A stretch of DNA of 62,974 nt, the filler included, from Chrysochromulina tobinii (Eukaryota): assembly GCA_001275005.1 (NCBI GenBank). It is 6 parts of 6 records of this genome, joined end to end, with 100 filler letters (N's around TTAATTAATTAA, not from the genome) between each part and the next. Parts side by side here need not be neighbours in the genome. Positions count along the whole stretch, not along the records: positions 1 to 12,137 come from JWZX01001438.1; positions 12,238 to 24,341 come from JWZX01001441.1; 4 more parts are not named here. The stretch is one strand, 5' to 3'. Positions 10,839-21,788 of the stretch are shown here, piece by piece. How positions within the stretch are numbered: the stretch's first letter is position 1; each line of letters opens with the position of its first letter. The translations under genes were made by a program, and so were the position numbers. A model generated the notes under the pieces. It saw only the letters and a program-made list of their open reading frames with translations, ran no database searches and was not told where the DNA came from.

Positions 10839-12137
10839 TACATGCGTCTTTTTGCTCTCTTCAGACTCGAAAATGGGGTGTAGGTACTTCACACGTGGTA
10901 TTAAAACATTCACAACAAATCTTTGGCATTGGTCAAAATGAGTACAAGTGGGCTATAAAAGGTGACAAAAGCTAAACACTACGTGAAACCGCGAGAGGGA
11001 CAGTGGACGGGGACGACGGTACGACGACGTGGCGCGCGATTTGAGCGACTGCCCGTCGCTGCAGGGCACACAGTGCCGAGGCGTGCCTTCTTCCATGCAG
11101 AAAGGCGACCGCCGTCGTGCATGGTTCTGCGGCGAGGGCATACTCTCGAGTCTCGTGGCCTTCGTACCGGTCGGCTAAGGCAGAGCTTCCGCCGGTCCTG
11201 TGCTCGTGAGGCGTGCCCAATTCTGGTTCCTGGGCTCCCACCGTCACGCCGGCAGGAAGGCGTACCCTGCTTGCTCCATGGAGCCTCTTGAGATCTCACC
11301 TTCGTCCCGATTGTCAGCCTAGTGGCACGGGTGAGCTGCTGCGTGGCGCGGCCGCTCATTGAGCCGTTGCAGCGGCCGCCGCTCGCTTGGCGCGAGACTT
11401 GGCCTTCCGCTTCGCCATGCGCTTTTGCTGGCGGCTCGGCTCCTCCATCGCCGCATCCACTGGGGCCACGTCGGCCGTGTTGGCTGCCGCGAGCCCTTTC
11501 GCCGCTTGCTCGGCCATTCTCTCGGCCTCGTACGCATGCTCCTTGAGAGCGATGGCGTGCTCGAGGTCGAGCGAGCTCCATGACTCGGCCACTTCGAGGG
11601 CGAGCTCCTGGCGAGCGAGGGCAAGCTCCTTGCGAGCAAACGCACGCTCCTCCGCCTCCCGCGCCGCCTCGCACTCGAGCTTGCGCACGAGGACGGGGCA
11701 GCTCGGCGTGCCGTCGACGCGGCGTGCGAAGTGACCCTCGGTCTTGCAGAAGCGGCAAGTCACAGCCAACGTCGTGCGCGCGGCAGAGCTGGCCACCGAG
11801 CCGACCACCGAGCTGACCACCGAGCTCGCATCTTCGCTCACCGACTCACACGGGATGGCGTGAGTTGCCACCGCTGGGAGGTTTGCTCCAGAGGCGACGC
11901 GCGGGTCCACTGCGAGAGGCGGAACCGCACTCGGCAAGGGAGGAAACGTGGAAAGAGCACGCTCGCGCATTGCCTTCTCCATTTGCGCTTCCTCATAGAG
12001 CGCGTCCATGCTCGGCTCCGGTCGGTTTGAGCAGGTGTGCGTTGGCTTGACGAGCGCAGCGCGGAGGTGGGTGCCAAGCCGGGCGAGGCCATTGAGGGCG
12101 TGGACGAGACGCTCAGCGCGCTCGCGCGTGTCCATCA
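10839..12137. repeat. Direct repeat copy 2 (truncated by assembly gap)
   Basis: Matches 6112-7458 with scattered substitutions and a ~40-bp deletion near 11297. Confidence 0.95.
11356..12137 (-). CDS. RRM-like/CCHC protein copy 2 (5' end lost in gap)
   Basis: Near-identical translation to the C-terminal 259 aa of copy 1. Confidence 0.6.
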
Positions 12138-12237
12138 NNNNNNNNNNNNNNNNNNNNNNNNNNNNNNNNNNNNNNNNNNNNTTAATTAATTAANNNNNNN
12201 NNNNNNNNNNNNNNNNNNNNNNNNNNNNNNNNNNNNN
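12138..12237. other. Artificial assembly spacer
   Basis: N-run, TTAATTAATTAA (stops in six frames), N-run; 100 nt. Confidence 0.99.
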
Positions 12238-12444
12238 CTCCTCATCGGCGTAATGCAGCAACAAAAGCTCCAATGGGGCCCGCTGTGCCCGCGACAGCAT
12301 TGTCCGACAGCATGGAAAAACGTTTCTTCAAGACTGCTTTACAGCATTGGTTAGATTTCGACACCCAAGACACCGGACCGGCGTACATACGGATTCCGTC
12401 TGCACTAGCTCGAGGACCCCTGGACCCCCTTATCACAGCCATTC

Positions 12445-12745
12445 TCGATCAGGGCCGAATCTTGATGCGAAGAGCGTCGTCGTAGTCGCCCGCCCGTCCC
12501 TTGACCAACTTTGGTAGTGTGGGTTGAAAGGGCGGTCGACGCCCAGGGTGCCTTTGCCCTTGCAGCCCAGGATCTTGATCCGGTAGCGCTCCTCGGTGTT
12601 GCCAAAGGCATAGACGATAGAGGTGGCCGAGGACGTCGGCGACCGTGCCTCCGTGCCCCGCCGTGCATCACCGATCCTCGGCCCATGCCGGGCGGCTTTC
12701 GTTTTGGTGAGCGGCGCGACCACCTTGTATTCCTGGCACACCGCC
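12445..12745 (-). pseudogene. Degenerate fragment resembling the C-terminal restriction-like endonuclease region of a non-LTR retrotransposon
   Basis: EYKVVAPLT...YAFGNTEERYRIKILGC...DRPFN, continuing across frameshifts as VKGRAGDYDDALRIK. The family resemblance is from memory only. Confidence 0.35.
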
Positions 12746-12894
12746 CGTGGTATCATCACCCTCGAGCTCAGCGCACAGCGCTCAGCGGGGCATGGCGGGG
12801 TAACACGTTGGGCGGGGTGTGCACATGCTCAGAGTCAAGCTCGAGGAAGTTTGCGGTAACTTTTAAGTTTAAACTTGTAGCCGGTTTTAGCACC

Positions 12895-15800
12895 CTAATG
12901 GCCACCTCCTGATTTGGTTGCTTTGCGCCCGCCGCCGCCTCCAGCGGGCGCGTTGTGCGTGCGTACTTGGCTGACACTCTTGCCGGCCGCCTTGGATCGC
13001 TCGCTGAGAGCACCGCTTGTGCCCGAGCCCTTTTCGTGCCCGTGCCGCGCGCCCTTGGCAGCAGCGGCGGCACTGGTCGCCTCTGGCGGCACGGGTGCGG
13101 GCTTGTTGCCGGCCGCGTGTCGGAGGGCCTCGGCCTCATCGACGACGAGCCCCCCTGCACGGTCGAGCCGCGTCGGATTGAGGCCACGCCCAATGAGAGG
13201 CTGCTTGACACGCTCGACGGCACGCGTCGCCGGGCTGAAAGAGACACGCGATCGGTGCGACGAGGCTGCCGAGCGGTGCGATGGGTCTGGCGCCCCCATA
13301 GGCAAGGCCCAGCCATCATCGCGTCGCCGGATCGGCGGTAAGCCGTCGTCCTTGCCGATGCCAGTGGCGGCGGCCGTGGTGGCCACCGGCGTGGTCTCAG
13401 TAGCTCGGTGGTGCCACTCGTCAAGCACCTCGTCCTCGCGCCCGTGTGATTTGTGCATACCCATTTGATCCAGCAGCGCGCGCAACGGTGGGCTGTGATT
13501 GCGCGGCTGCTCGGTTGTCTCGCCGCCCTCGTGCCTAGCCTTGCTGGTACCCTTGCTGGTACCCTTGCTGGTACCCTTGCCGGTACCCTCGGGCAGCGGG
13601 ATGCGCAGCTGCTCGCGCTGGGTCCCCACGGGCGTGGCCTGGTAGATGGCGTCGAGTTCGTCGTATGCCGCAAAGAGGTCGCGTGCGTCGAGGGCCCGCT
13701 GCTCGTCATGCATGAACTCAGCAATCGCCTCGCGCTGCTCGCGCGAGAGATCACCGTCATCGTGCAGCCACGACTCGCGGCTCGAGGCTGAGTGCGACGG
13801 GCTGGTAAGCGCGTCGGGATCGACGCTCAGCTCTTCGTCGTTTGCGCGACGCTCGGGCGAGGCTCCGCTCCGCTCGGGCGAGGGGCCGCGCTGATCGCGC
13901 GACGCGCCGCGCCCTCTCCCGTCGAGGGATGCGCCACCCCCGCGCTGGCGCGGTGCCTGTGCCTGCGCTGGCAGCGGCGGCGACGGCTGCCCGCGTGTGC
14001 CTCCGCCTGGATGCAACGAGGAGAGGTCAGCGAGGCTCGCATAATTCTCCTCGAGCGACGCCCGGCGTAGCAGGTGGGGCTCCGGACGGCGCAGCAAATC
14101 TGCATCGAGCCAGCCGCTTGTGCCGGCGGCGGACGGGCCCACCCCACGAGGCGGTGAGGGCCTGCGATTGGGCGGGATTTGCAGCTTCATCGTGAGCACC
14201 GCCCGTACATTGTCCATACTATTTGCGTCGCTGGCCGCGGGTTGTAGGCCGCTCAGCCCCGTAGTGAACCGGTCGGTCGGTCTCTGGCTGAATAGGCCGG
14301 AGGTGTACTCTGTGTCAGCCTCGCTCGAGCGCCAGCTGTAAGCGACGGCCGAAGGCTCCCGCATCGCCGCTGCGAGGGCCGCGCGAATTCCAGGCGAGCT
14401 CGAGAGCGCCCCCGCCAAGCAGCCGGACGAAGGCGCACCCACTGGCAGCCAACCTTTGGCGCCAAGGCGGTCCATGAGACTCTCGGTGCGGCTCGGGCCG
14501 CCCCCACTGCCGTCCGGGCTCGTGCTGGGCACTGGGTGCGCCGGCGAGCCGGGACGATCGCCGCCGCCGCCACCGCCACCGCCATTGTGGCTGCTGCCTG
14601 CCGTTGAACTGGCGCCGGTGGGGCGGATGCCGGTGCTGCGGCTGCGCCCCCGGCTCACCTGCGAGGTTGTGACTTCCTTGTGCTCCTTCTCCATGTCCTT
14701 CACGGCCTTGGCCGCCTTTTGCTCCTTTTCCATGTCCTTAACGGCCTTCACCTTCACGGCTGTGATGGCCGCCTTGACCTTTTCCGCATCGCGCTTCTTC
14801 TCGAGCGCCTCCTCGGCGGCCGCGCCGCTGCTACCACTGATTCCACCACCGACAGCACTGCCGCCAGCGCCTCCGGCACCTCCGCTACCGCGCACTGTGC
14901 TGCCCTGCGCTGCTTTCTTTCGCGGCGCATCCTGGGCCGATGCACTGCGCGCGCCTGCGGGCACCAGGAAGGCCGATGCACCACTCGCTCCACTAGCGCT
15001 CCCCGCGGCGCCGCCAGCGTTGCCGGCACTGCTAAAGCCTACGTTGCCGCGGGCACCGCCTCGCTCCCTGTCGGGGCAGCCTGACGCGACGGTGGGGTCC
15101 CGCGCGCCGCCAGTCGGTGGGGCGAGGCTGCCAGCCTCGAGGCGCGTAAGCTCGCCCATCACGAGCTCGCGCTCCATCGCCAGTCCCGCAAGGCTCTGAG
15201 GGGCAGTGCGCAGCAGCTTTGAGCCCTCCCCGAGCGCCGCGCGCGCCGCCTCCACAGCCAGGCCATAGCGAACCATGAGTGGCTTGCGCTCGAGCATCGA
15301 ATACTTGAGCGGCGGCGCTTCAAGCAGCCCGAGCCGTTTGCGCAGCGCCGAGGCGGTCAGCGACGCGCCGCCGAAGAAAATGGTCGCGGCGTCGAGCGGG
15401 TCGCAGCCGAGAGGACAGATGGACTCGAGTGCCTCTATCGCGCGCGCCGCGTGCTCCATCGGCGCTTCCTTCGAGAGCCGTGACGCAGCAGGTGGCTCGT
15501 GCCCAGCCAACGGCGACGACGATAGCGTCGATCGCTGGAGTTGAGGTTCTGGCCTGTGTGATGCCACTGGCGACGAGGCCCGCGACGAGGTCGAGCCCGG
15601 CTGCTGCTCGGGCTGCGGTTGATCAGGCAGCTCCTCCTCTTGCTGCTGACGCTGCTGACGCTGCTGCAGCTCCTTGCGCTCACGCACGGCGGCACGTACA
15701 TCGGCGAGCGCAGCGGCGCGGGCTTGCGGCCGCGAGGCACTGGCGGCCGAGGCTGCCTGTCCCGGACCGGCCACAAGTGGACGCGCTGCAGCAGGTCGTG

Positions 15801-16287
15801 GTCCGCCACCCAGGCCACGCCGACGCGAAAGGCCGTCGCCTGATTGCGACGCACCTTCTATTGACGAGAGCCGTTCAGCCAGCGCGGCATAGATGGGCGC
15901 ACTCGTGCCAACTCTTTGCAGCGCGTCTCGCGACCGACTCACAGGCCGCGACCTCCAGCCGAGATTCGCCGTCGTCTGCGAAGCCGCCGTCGCCTGCGAA
16001 GCTACCGTCGCTTGCGAAGCAACTGTACCATCAGCTGGTCGCTGGGGTGCTGACGGCTTGGCTGGTCGGCCGCGTGGCGGCGGCGGCGGGTTACTGCTGC
16101 TTCCACCACCGCCACCTTGACTACTGTTGCCACACGCTCGCTCCATGGCTCGCTCCTTCTCTGCCTCTATTCTGGCCTGCTTGCGCACCTTGCGCATGTG
16201 AGCATGCCATGCGGAAGTGTGCGTACTCACTATGTCGGAGGTGAGCGCCGAGCGGTCCGATGCGCCACCGGCCTGGCTGTCGTCCAT
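12895..16287 (-). CDS. Large low-complexity hypothetical protein (1130 aa)
   Basis: Long ATG-initiated ORF, Ala/Gly/Ser-rich with coiled-coil segments; no recognisable domain. Confidence 0.65.
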   Translation of the reverse strand: MDDSQAGGASDRSALTSDIVSTHTSAWHAHMRKVRKQARIEAEKERAMERACGNSSQGGGGGSSSNPPPPPRGRPAKPSAPQRPADGTVASQATVASQATAASQTTANLGWRSRPVSRSRDALQRVGTSAPIYAALAERLSSIEGASQSGDGLSRRRGLGGGPRPAAARPLVAGPGQAASAASASRPQARAAALADVRAAVRERKELQQRQQRQQQEEELPDQPQPEQQPGSTSSRASSPVASHRPEPQLQRSTLSSSPLAGHEPPAASRLSKEAPMEHAARAIEALESICPLGCDPLDAATIFFGGASLTASALRKRLGLLEAPPLKYSMLERKPLMVRYGLAVEAARAALGEGSKLLRTAPQSLAGLAMERELVMGELTRLEAGSLAPPTGGARDPTVASGCPDRERGGARGNVGFSSAGNAGGAAGSASGASGASAFLVPAGARSASAQDAPRKKAAQGSTVRGSGGAGGAGGSAVGGGISGSSGAAAEEALEKKRDAEKVKAAITAVKVKAVKDMEKEQKAAKAVKDMEKEHKEVTTSQVSRGRSRSTGIRPTGASSTAGSSHNGGGGGGGGDRPGSPAHPVPSTSPDGSGGGPSRTESLMDRLGAKGWLPVGAPSSGCLAGALSSSPGIRAALAAAMREPSAVAYSWRSSEADTEYTSGLFSQRPTDRFTTGLSGLQPAASDANSMDNVRAVLTMKLQIPPNRRPSPPRGVGPSAAGTSGWLDADLLRRPEPHLLRRASLEENYASLADLSSLHPGGGTRGQPSPPLPAQAQAPRQRGGGASLDGRGRGASRDQRGPSPERSGASPERRANDEELSVDPDALTSPSHSASSRESWLHDDGDLSREQREAIAEFMHDEQRALDARDLFAAYDELDAIYQATPVGTQREQLRIPLPEGTGKGTSKGTSKGTSKARHEGGETTEQPRNHSPPLRALLDQMGMHKSHGREDEVLDEWHHRATETTPVATTAAATGIGKDDGLPPIRRRDDGWALPMGAPDPSHRSAASSHRSRVSFSPATRAVERVKQPLIGRGLNPTRLDRAGGLVVDEAEALRHAAGNKPAPVPPEATSAAAAAKGARHGHEKGSGTSGALSERSKAAGKSVSQVRTHNAPAGGGGGRKATKSGGGH

Positions 16288-17043
16288 GTAAGGTCCTTTC
16301 CTTTCGTTTGAGGTGGTTTCATCCTGTTTCGCGTTGCGCGTTGCAGCGGTACTTCACACGTCATCTGGATTGTGGGACGGGCAGACCGCACGCGTGCGCG
16401 CGCAGCCATGCACCTCGCACGGCACGCCGAGTCGCCGACTTACCGCGTACCTATGCGCTAGAATCTGTCTGGCGACCCGGCGACGAACGCTGCGGCGGCG
16501 TCGCAACCCCGCCGAGGCCGCCAAGAAACGAACGGACGATTTTGATCACCAAGATTGGGAAGAGAGTCCGTAACGGCTGGTCCCAAGATGGAAAAAATGC
16601 GAGCGAAAATTTCGTCAAAAGGGTTTGAGAAGATTCCTGTTGGTGCGGATCGGGAGGACGAGAGTGCCGTCGAAGTGGATCGCAAGAACCTCCGAAAAGC
16701 GACCATCCAAGATGAACGCCGTGCTCGAGCGAGGCTTGTCGCTCGAGGTCGAGGACAACCTCGAGGCAACCTTGACTCTCGAATCCAGTCGGTGGCGCGG
16801 TCGAAGCATCGGCTTTGGAATGGAGCGGTGCCTATCCGAAGATTGTATGACCGTTTCGATGAGGTTCACTGCATCTGAGATGGACTTGGTGGGCATGGGC
16901 CTGTCACGTATCCCGGTCAGCCCGTCACGCCAAAAAGTACGCGCACCGTAGAATAATTCCTGGATGTATTGTCCCTCATCGCTGACCTCTCCTCTTGATC
17001 AATCTCGCCCTCGCGCGCACAGGATCCTTCGTGCGTAACCACC

Positions 17044-18624
17044 ATGAAGCATGAGGTTCACCGTGTCTTCAAGATGCGCGTCGGATCCCTGCAGACTCTG
17101 CGCAGGAAGGGCGCTCGCACGGCCACCTTCTTTTCCGTGATCATGTGGCTGATCTCCACTGGAGCTGTTGCCGCGCTCGCAGTATACGCTGTACCGCGTT
17201 TCTTCCACCATCAGAGTCTGCTTTCAGCATCAACGGCGGCGCCGCGTGCGGCTGTGCTCAACCGTGCCGCGGTCTGGGAAGGCTTGCCCCCCCACGAGAC
17301 GTTTAAGAAGCTGACTTTCAATGCGTTCGTCGGTGGCGCACTCTTTGACCCGAGAGTGCTCCGAGGGTGCGTGGACATGGCGAGCGAGACCATTGAGGCG
17401 CTGCGGATGCAGTGTGCGCCCCTCTCGAGCGAGGCCGATTGCCTGCGTGCGCACGCGGTGCCGAACATGCCCATCGCCGCGGTTGGCCTCGCAAGTGCCG
17501 TCGCCAGCGTGCTCACCACGAAGCCGGTCGAGCTTCTGACGGAGTCCGAGGTCGCGCTGCTCGCGCAGTACGTGGGGCTTGCTGGCGGCATGCACGGCGA
17601 GGCCACCTCCGAGAGCAGCGCGAGCGAGTTCGCCGCGGTGAGGGCGCATTCGCACGCGACGGATGAGCTGGACGTATCCCAGGCGCTGCTCTCGGCGCGG
17701 CTCTGCGGCTCGACCTACTTTAGCTGCGACATGACAGATGCGTGGGAGGTGACCGCGCGCCTCGAGGAGGAGTGCGAGGCTGCCGGGCTGCGCCTGATAC
17801 GCGAGCTTCACGGCGGGGCGGACGAGTACGCGTTCGTGGCGCAGGAGCCGAGCGGCCGCGTCTCTGTGGTATTTCGCGGGAGCTGCACGCTCAAGAACGT
17901 GCTCACCGACATCGACATGGTGCGCGGCCACTACGCCGAGAAGGAGACCGCGTCGGAGCTCCTCGCGCGGGCGACGGGGATGCCCCTGAAAGAGCTCGCC
18001 GGAGGGCCGATGACGCTGCACCGAGGCTTCGTCGAGGCGTACCTGGCGCTCCGCGAGGATCTCCTCGAGACGCTCGGCGACCTCGCGGCGCAGTTCTCTC
18101 CTCGCGGCGAGGAGCTGCTCGAGGTGCACGTGACAGGGCATTCGATGGGAGGGGCAATGGCGATGCTCGCGGCGCTGGAGCTCGACCACCGACGGCAGCA
18201 CCACGGGCTCGGGGTTGCCAGGCCGCAGACGTATACCTTCGCCGCGCCGCGCCTCGGTGACAAGCTGTTCGCCGACCTGTTCACACGCACCTTCCCCGAG
18301 CCAGCGGACCACTGGGCACTCCAGGCGCCATCGGATGCCGTGCCGCACCTGCCATTCGCCGCGTGGGGCTTCCGTCACCCTTCGGGGGTCGCCAAGCTCG
18401 GAGGGAGCCCGAGCTTCAACAGCACACCGGAAGGGCGAACTCGAGCGGCATCAGCGGTGCGTGCGGCGCTGCGCCGCTCGACCGACGCAGGCGACAGTGT
18501 GCATGCGCTGCGACCAAAGGACGGCGACATGCGGAATTGGGCGTTCTGCCACGACCTGAACGAGTATGTCCATCACCTGCGCGCCATGGTCGGCGATGTC
18601 ACTAAGGACGAATTCCAGCCGTAA
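17044..18624 (+). CDS. Class 3 lipase with N-terminal hydrophobic anchor
   Basis: VVFRGS, LHRGF, VTGHSMGG, YTFAAPRLGD, DAVPHLP, FRHP and a C-terminal H. Confidence 0.9.
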   Translation: MKHEVHRVFKMRVGSLQTLRRKGARTATFFSVIMWLISTGAVAALAVYAVPRFFHHQSLLSASTAAPRAAVLNRAAVWEGLPPHETFKKLTFNAFVGGALFDPRVLRGCVDMASETIEALRMQCAPLSSEADCLRAHAVPNMPIAAVGLASAVASVLTTKPVELLTESEVALLAQYVGLAGGMHGEATSESSASEFAAVRAHSHATDELDVSQALLSARLCGSTYFSCDMTDAWEVTARLEEECEAAGLRLIRELHGGADEYAFVAQEPSGRVSVVFRGSCTLKNVLTDIDMVRGHYAEKETASELLARATGMPLKELAGGPMTLHRGFVEAYLALREDLLETLGDLAAQFSPRGEELLEVHVTGHSMGGAMAMLAALELDHRRQHHGLGVARPQTYTFAAPRLGDKLFADLFTRTFPEPADHWALQAPSDAVPHLPFAAWGFRHPSGVAKLGGSPSFNSTPEGRTRAASAVRAALRRSTDAGDSVHALRPKDGDMRNWAFCHDLNEYVHHLRAMVGDVTKDEFQP

Positions 18625-19250
18625 CTCCAATGTGAGGCGTGATTGGGTGGAGAACAAGGGCGACAACACGGGCGATGACGAGGTCGAATGTGGCATCATT
18701 GTACATTAGTTGGCGAGTCCGCGGTGGGGCAGGCACGGCGAACTAGCATGGAGAGATGTGAGCGAGTTTGCGATAGAGGTGCCTCGGCCGCAGCCGCTGG
18801 AGTGCCAGCGCCGGCCCGCAGCCGCGCAGTGAGTACAAGTAAGTAAGTACCGAACGCCCGGCCTGGTGGCAACGACCCACGTGGCGCGACGGGGGGTAGC
18901 CGCGCACACTGAGACAGATGAGATACGGACTGGACTGTAGACATGCGGTGGTTCTGAATCATGCGGATTGCTTTTGGAAAAAGCAGACGGAGCGACCACA
19001 GATTCCGACGTCTGAGAGCGGGTCCCGGTGGGAACGCGATCTCGGGAAATCTCTCGAGACTCGACACTCGTACGACCTTCGATATGGCGTCACACATGGA
19101 GGAGATGTGTGTCTTGTGTGTACGGCCTTGTGTGGGCCACGCCTCCGTTCTTTCGATAGCGGCTCCCCGTGCTTGGGGGTCCATGCGCGTTGTGTTGAGC
19201 GTCTAGTTGTCGAGCCAATGAGCATTGCAAGCCAGGGCCAGCAATAACAC

Positions 19251-19661
19251 ATGAGCGCTGAGCGCAGCGCGACACCAAACGACTTGCCAATGGAGAGCGT
19301 AGCCGAGGCCAAGCTACGATTCGAGGCTGAACTTGAATTCGTGCAGGCACTTGCCAACCCCGAGTACCTCCATTATCTCGCGCAGAACCGCTTCTTTGAC
19401 GACCCACGATTCGTGGACTACATTGAGTATCTGCAATATTGGCGGGATGTACCCTACTGCTTGCACATTGTGTTTCCACACTGCTTGCGTGTTCTTGAGC
19501 TGCTGCAAAGTGAGCGCTTTGTGGCTGCTCTCAAACGTGCCGACTTTAAGGAAATGCTACACAAACAACAATATTGGCATTGGCTCATGCGAGCTGATGT
19601 GCGTCGCTCTGCTCCTATAGAGGGTGCCCCTCAGCCACCCGCACGTAATATGGCGCAATAG
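19251..19661 (+). CDS. MED31: Mediator subunit 31 (SOH1)
   Basis: RFEAELEFVQALANPEYLHYLAQ...YLQYWR...FPHCLRVLELLQ signature. Confidence 0.95.
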   Translation: MSAERSATPNDLPMESVAEAKLRFEAELEFVQALANPEYLHYLAQNRFFDDPRFVDYIEYLQYWRDVPYCLHIVFPHCLRVLELLQSERFVAALKRADFKEMLHKQQYWHWLMRADVRRSAPIEGAPQPPARNMAQ

Positions 19662-20063
19662 CGTGTGAATGCGTATTAGCTTCAGTTTGTCCTGGAATCC
19701 AGCAAGAAACTGATAACGATTCATGACAAACGCACATCCGGACACGCGAGGCTCCGGACCGGCGCGAGGCCCAGCGCCCACGCAGGCCGCGGGTTCACGT
19801 TCACGTTATTTTGCCATCTCGGCAAGACGCACGACTACAGGTCCCGTGGAGACACAACGTGGAGGGCGCGAGGGGTCGCAGGCCGCGGGTGACGGTTGCG
19901 GATACCCGCACCAGGGGTTGACAGCGCATCGGCGTGCAACCGCTATGAATACGCCCCCGACCCTCCACATAGGTTGGCGCACATACGTCCACGCGGACCG
20001 GATGTGCTTGTGTGCCTGCTAACGCCGGGCCGGCGCCTTTCCTACCCCTGTTGCGCAGCTATG

Positions 20064-21329
20064 TCAGCGCACGAGCTTGCGAGAGATGGCGACGGCTGCG
20101 ACGGCGCCAACTGCAATGCCTGCCGCAAAGCCCAGCAACGAGTCACGCATGGCGATCTGGGCCTCCTTGGTCTTGACGGCCAGCTCCTCTTTGGCCGTTG
20201 GCTGCTGCCCACCGGCGAGCTGCCCACCCTTGGCTTCTTCGAGCGCCTCCAGCTTGGCTTCCAGCGCCGCAAGTTGCTCGCCAGAGTTCGAGCGCGCCAT
20301 CGACTGCACGGGGACGCGGTACCATCGCACCGCCCACGGTGAGCCCTTCGAGTCGAGCATGATCGCCTGCAGCCGGCGGAACATCTCGAAGCAGCCGTCG
20401 ATCTCCTCGCGGAATCCTGAGATCGACTCCACAGAGAGGCCGAGAGGCACTCCGCATTGACCAGCTGCACCCAGGATGCGCTCGAGCGCCTCGCAGCACA
20501 CATCGATCGACTCGAGCACCGCGGCCTCTTTGCTCTTGGACTCCGATGCGTTCGCCTTGGCCAGAATGCGCTGCTCCACAGCCTCGGGCATGTGGATGCC
20601 CAGCCATCGCGCGAATTCGAGCGTCTTCGGCCGACCGACGGGTGCAAACGTCAGTAGGATCTTGACGGGTTTCTGTCCGCGGCGGCGGCACTCGTCGGCG
20701 TAGTCGTGCAACAGCTTGATCGTTGCCTCGGCGTCGTACACCGCCTGAGAGATGAACCACTGCGCGCCGAAGTCCACCTTGCGCAGGATGTTCAGGTGTT
20801 CAGTACCCTTCGTCAGGTGGCGCTCGGCAATCGTCACGCAGCCGAATGCGAGATTCTTGCGCGCCTTGACGAGTGCGGCCGCACGCTCCATGGAGAGTCG
20901 CGGGCCTTCGCGGGAGGATGAGGGGCCGACGAGGTTGAGCGTGTGATGGTTGCGCATGGTCGCATCGTCAAGCCATTTGTTGAATGCGGCCTCGTCCGGC
21001 TCGCTGCATGCGTGGTAGAGCACAGTGCTCTTGCCCGACTCGGGTGGGAAGAGGGCCGCGTACTCACTGGGTTCAATTGTTCGCTGGAATGGGAACGGCC
21101 GAGACGCGGCGTTGCGTGCGCTCTCGTCCTGAATGTCGTACACGATGAATCCATCCGACGCGTGCGCACGGGAGCGTGCAACGAACTTGGAGCAAATTTT
21201 CTCAGCTTCGACTGGAGTGGTGCCCTCACGGGGGGGCGTAGATCCGAAAAGGAAGGTGGGCCGCGACGGATCGGAGAGTGCTCTGGCGAGCCACATCGGA
21301 TCCCATCCGCGTTTATCGTAAGCGGTCAT
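20064..21329 (-). CDS. Bacterial-type methylenetetrahydrofolate reductase-like (FAD-linked oxidoreductase fold) protein with C-terminal coiled coil and TM tail
   Basis: FGSTPP, DGFIVYDIQDE..R...RPFPF, IAERH, FISQAVYD, LTFAPVG...LEFARWLG; ends LLGFAAGIAVGAVAAVAISRK. Confidence 0.7.
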   Translation of the reverse strand: MTAYDKRGWDPMWLARALSDPSRPTFLFGSTPPREGTTPVEAEKICSKFVARSRAHASDGFIVYDIQDESARNAASRPFPFQRTIEPSEYAALFPPESGKSTVLYHACSEPDEAAFNKWLDDATMRNHHTLNLVGPSSSREGPRLSMERAAALVKARKNLAFGCVTIAERHLTKGTEHLNILRKVDFGAQWFISQAVYDAEATIKLLHDYADECRRRGQKPVKILLTFAPVGRPKTLEFARWLGIHMPEAVEQRILAKANASESKSKEAAVLESIDVCCEALERILGAAGQCGVPLGLSVESISGFREEIDGCFEMFRRLQAIMLDSKGSPWAVRWYRVPVQSMARSNSGEQLAALEAKLEALEEAKGGQLAGGQQPTAKEELAVKTKEAQIAMRDSLLGFAAGIAVGAVAAVAISRKLVR

Positions 21330-21788
21330 GTCTTCCAGTGTGTTGGGTGGGGTCGGTGATTGGTCGGTGACGTCGGTGTGCGGTGTTTTGGAACGCGGTC
21401 CCGTCCGAAGTCCTCAAGCGTGAATGAGAAAAGCGCTGTTTTGGCATAAAAAACCTGACTAATTCGCGCGAGCCAGGCGGAATTAGTGCAAAGGCAAGAC
21501 ATGCGCGCGTTGCGGTGCACGGCCCGTACAGGTCGCCGACGCGCAGTCTGACTGGACCGCTTCGACTTGGCACTTACCGCGAACTGCAATTCTGCATTTT
21601 TGGCTATTGCCGAACGCGAGCGCGTCGCGCCGCCGGCCCTGAGTTTCAGAATTCAGTTTGAGTTTCAGTTAGCAGTGTCGCCTGGCCGTGTCACGTGTGA
21701 TGCTAGAGCCTGTGAAGCTAGAAATGGAAGAACTCTCTGTGAAGCTGTGTGGAACCGCGGCGACCGGAGCCGTCTTTATAGACGCCGT

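Noticed and set aside
12138..12237. TTAATTAATTAA palindrome recurring five times
   Set aside because: Always centred in N-runs; it is an artificial contig linker.
16555..16951. Two short overlapping plus-strand ORFs upstream of the lipase
   Set aside because: No motif and no clear splice path; cannot support a gene call.
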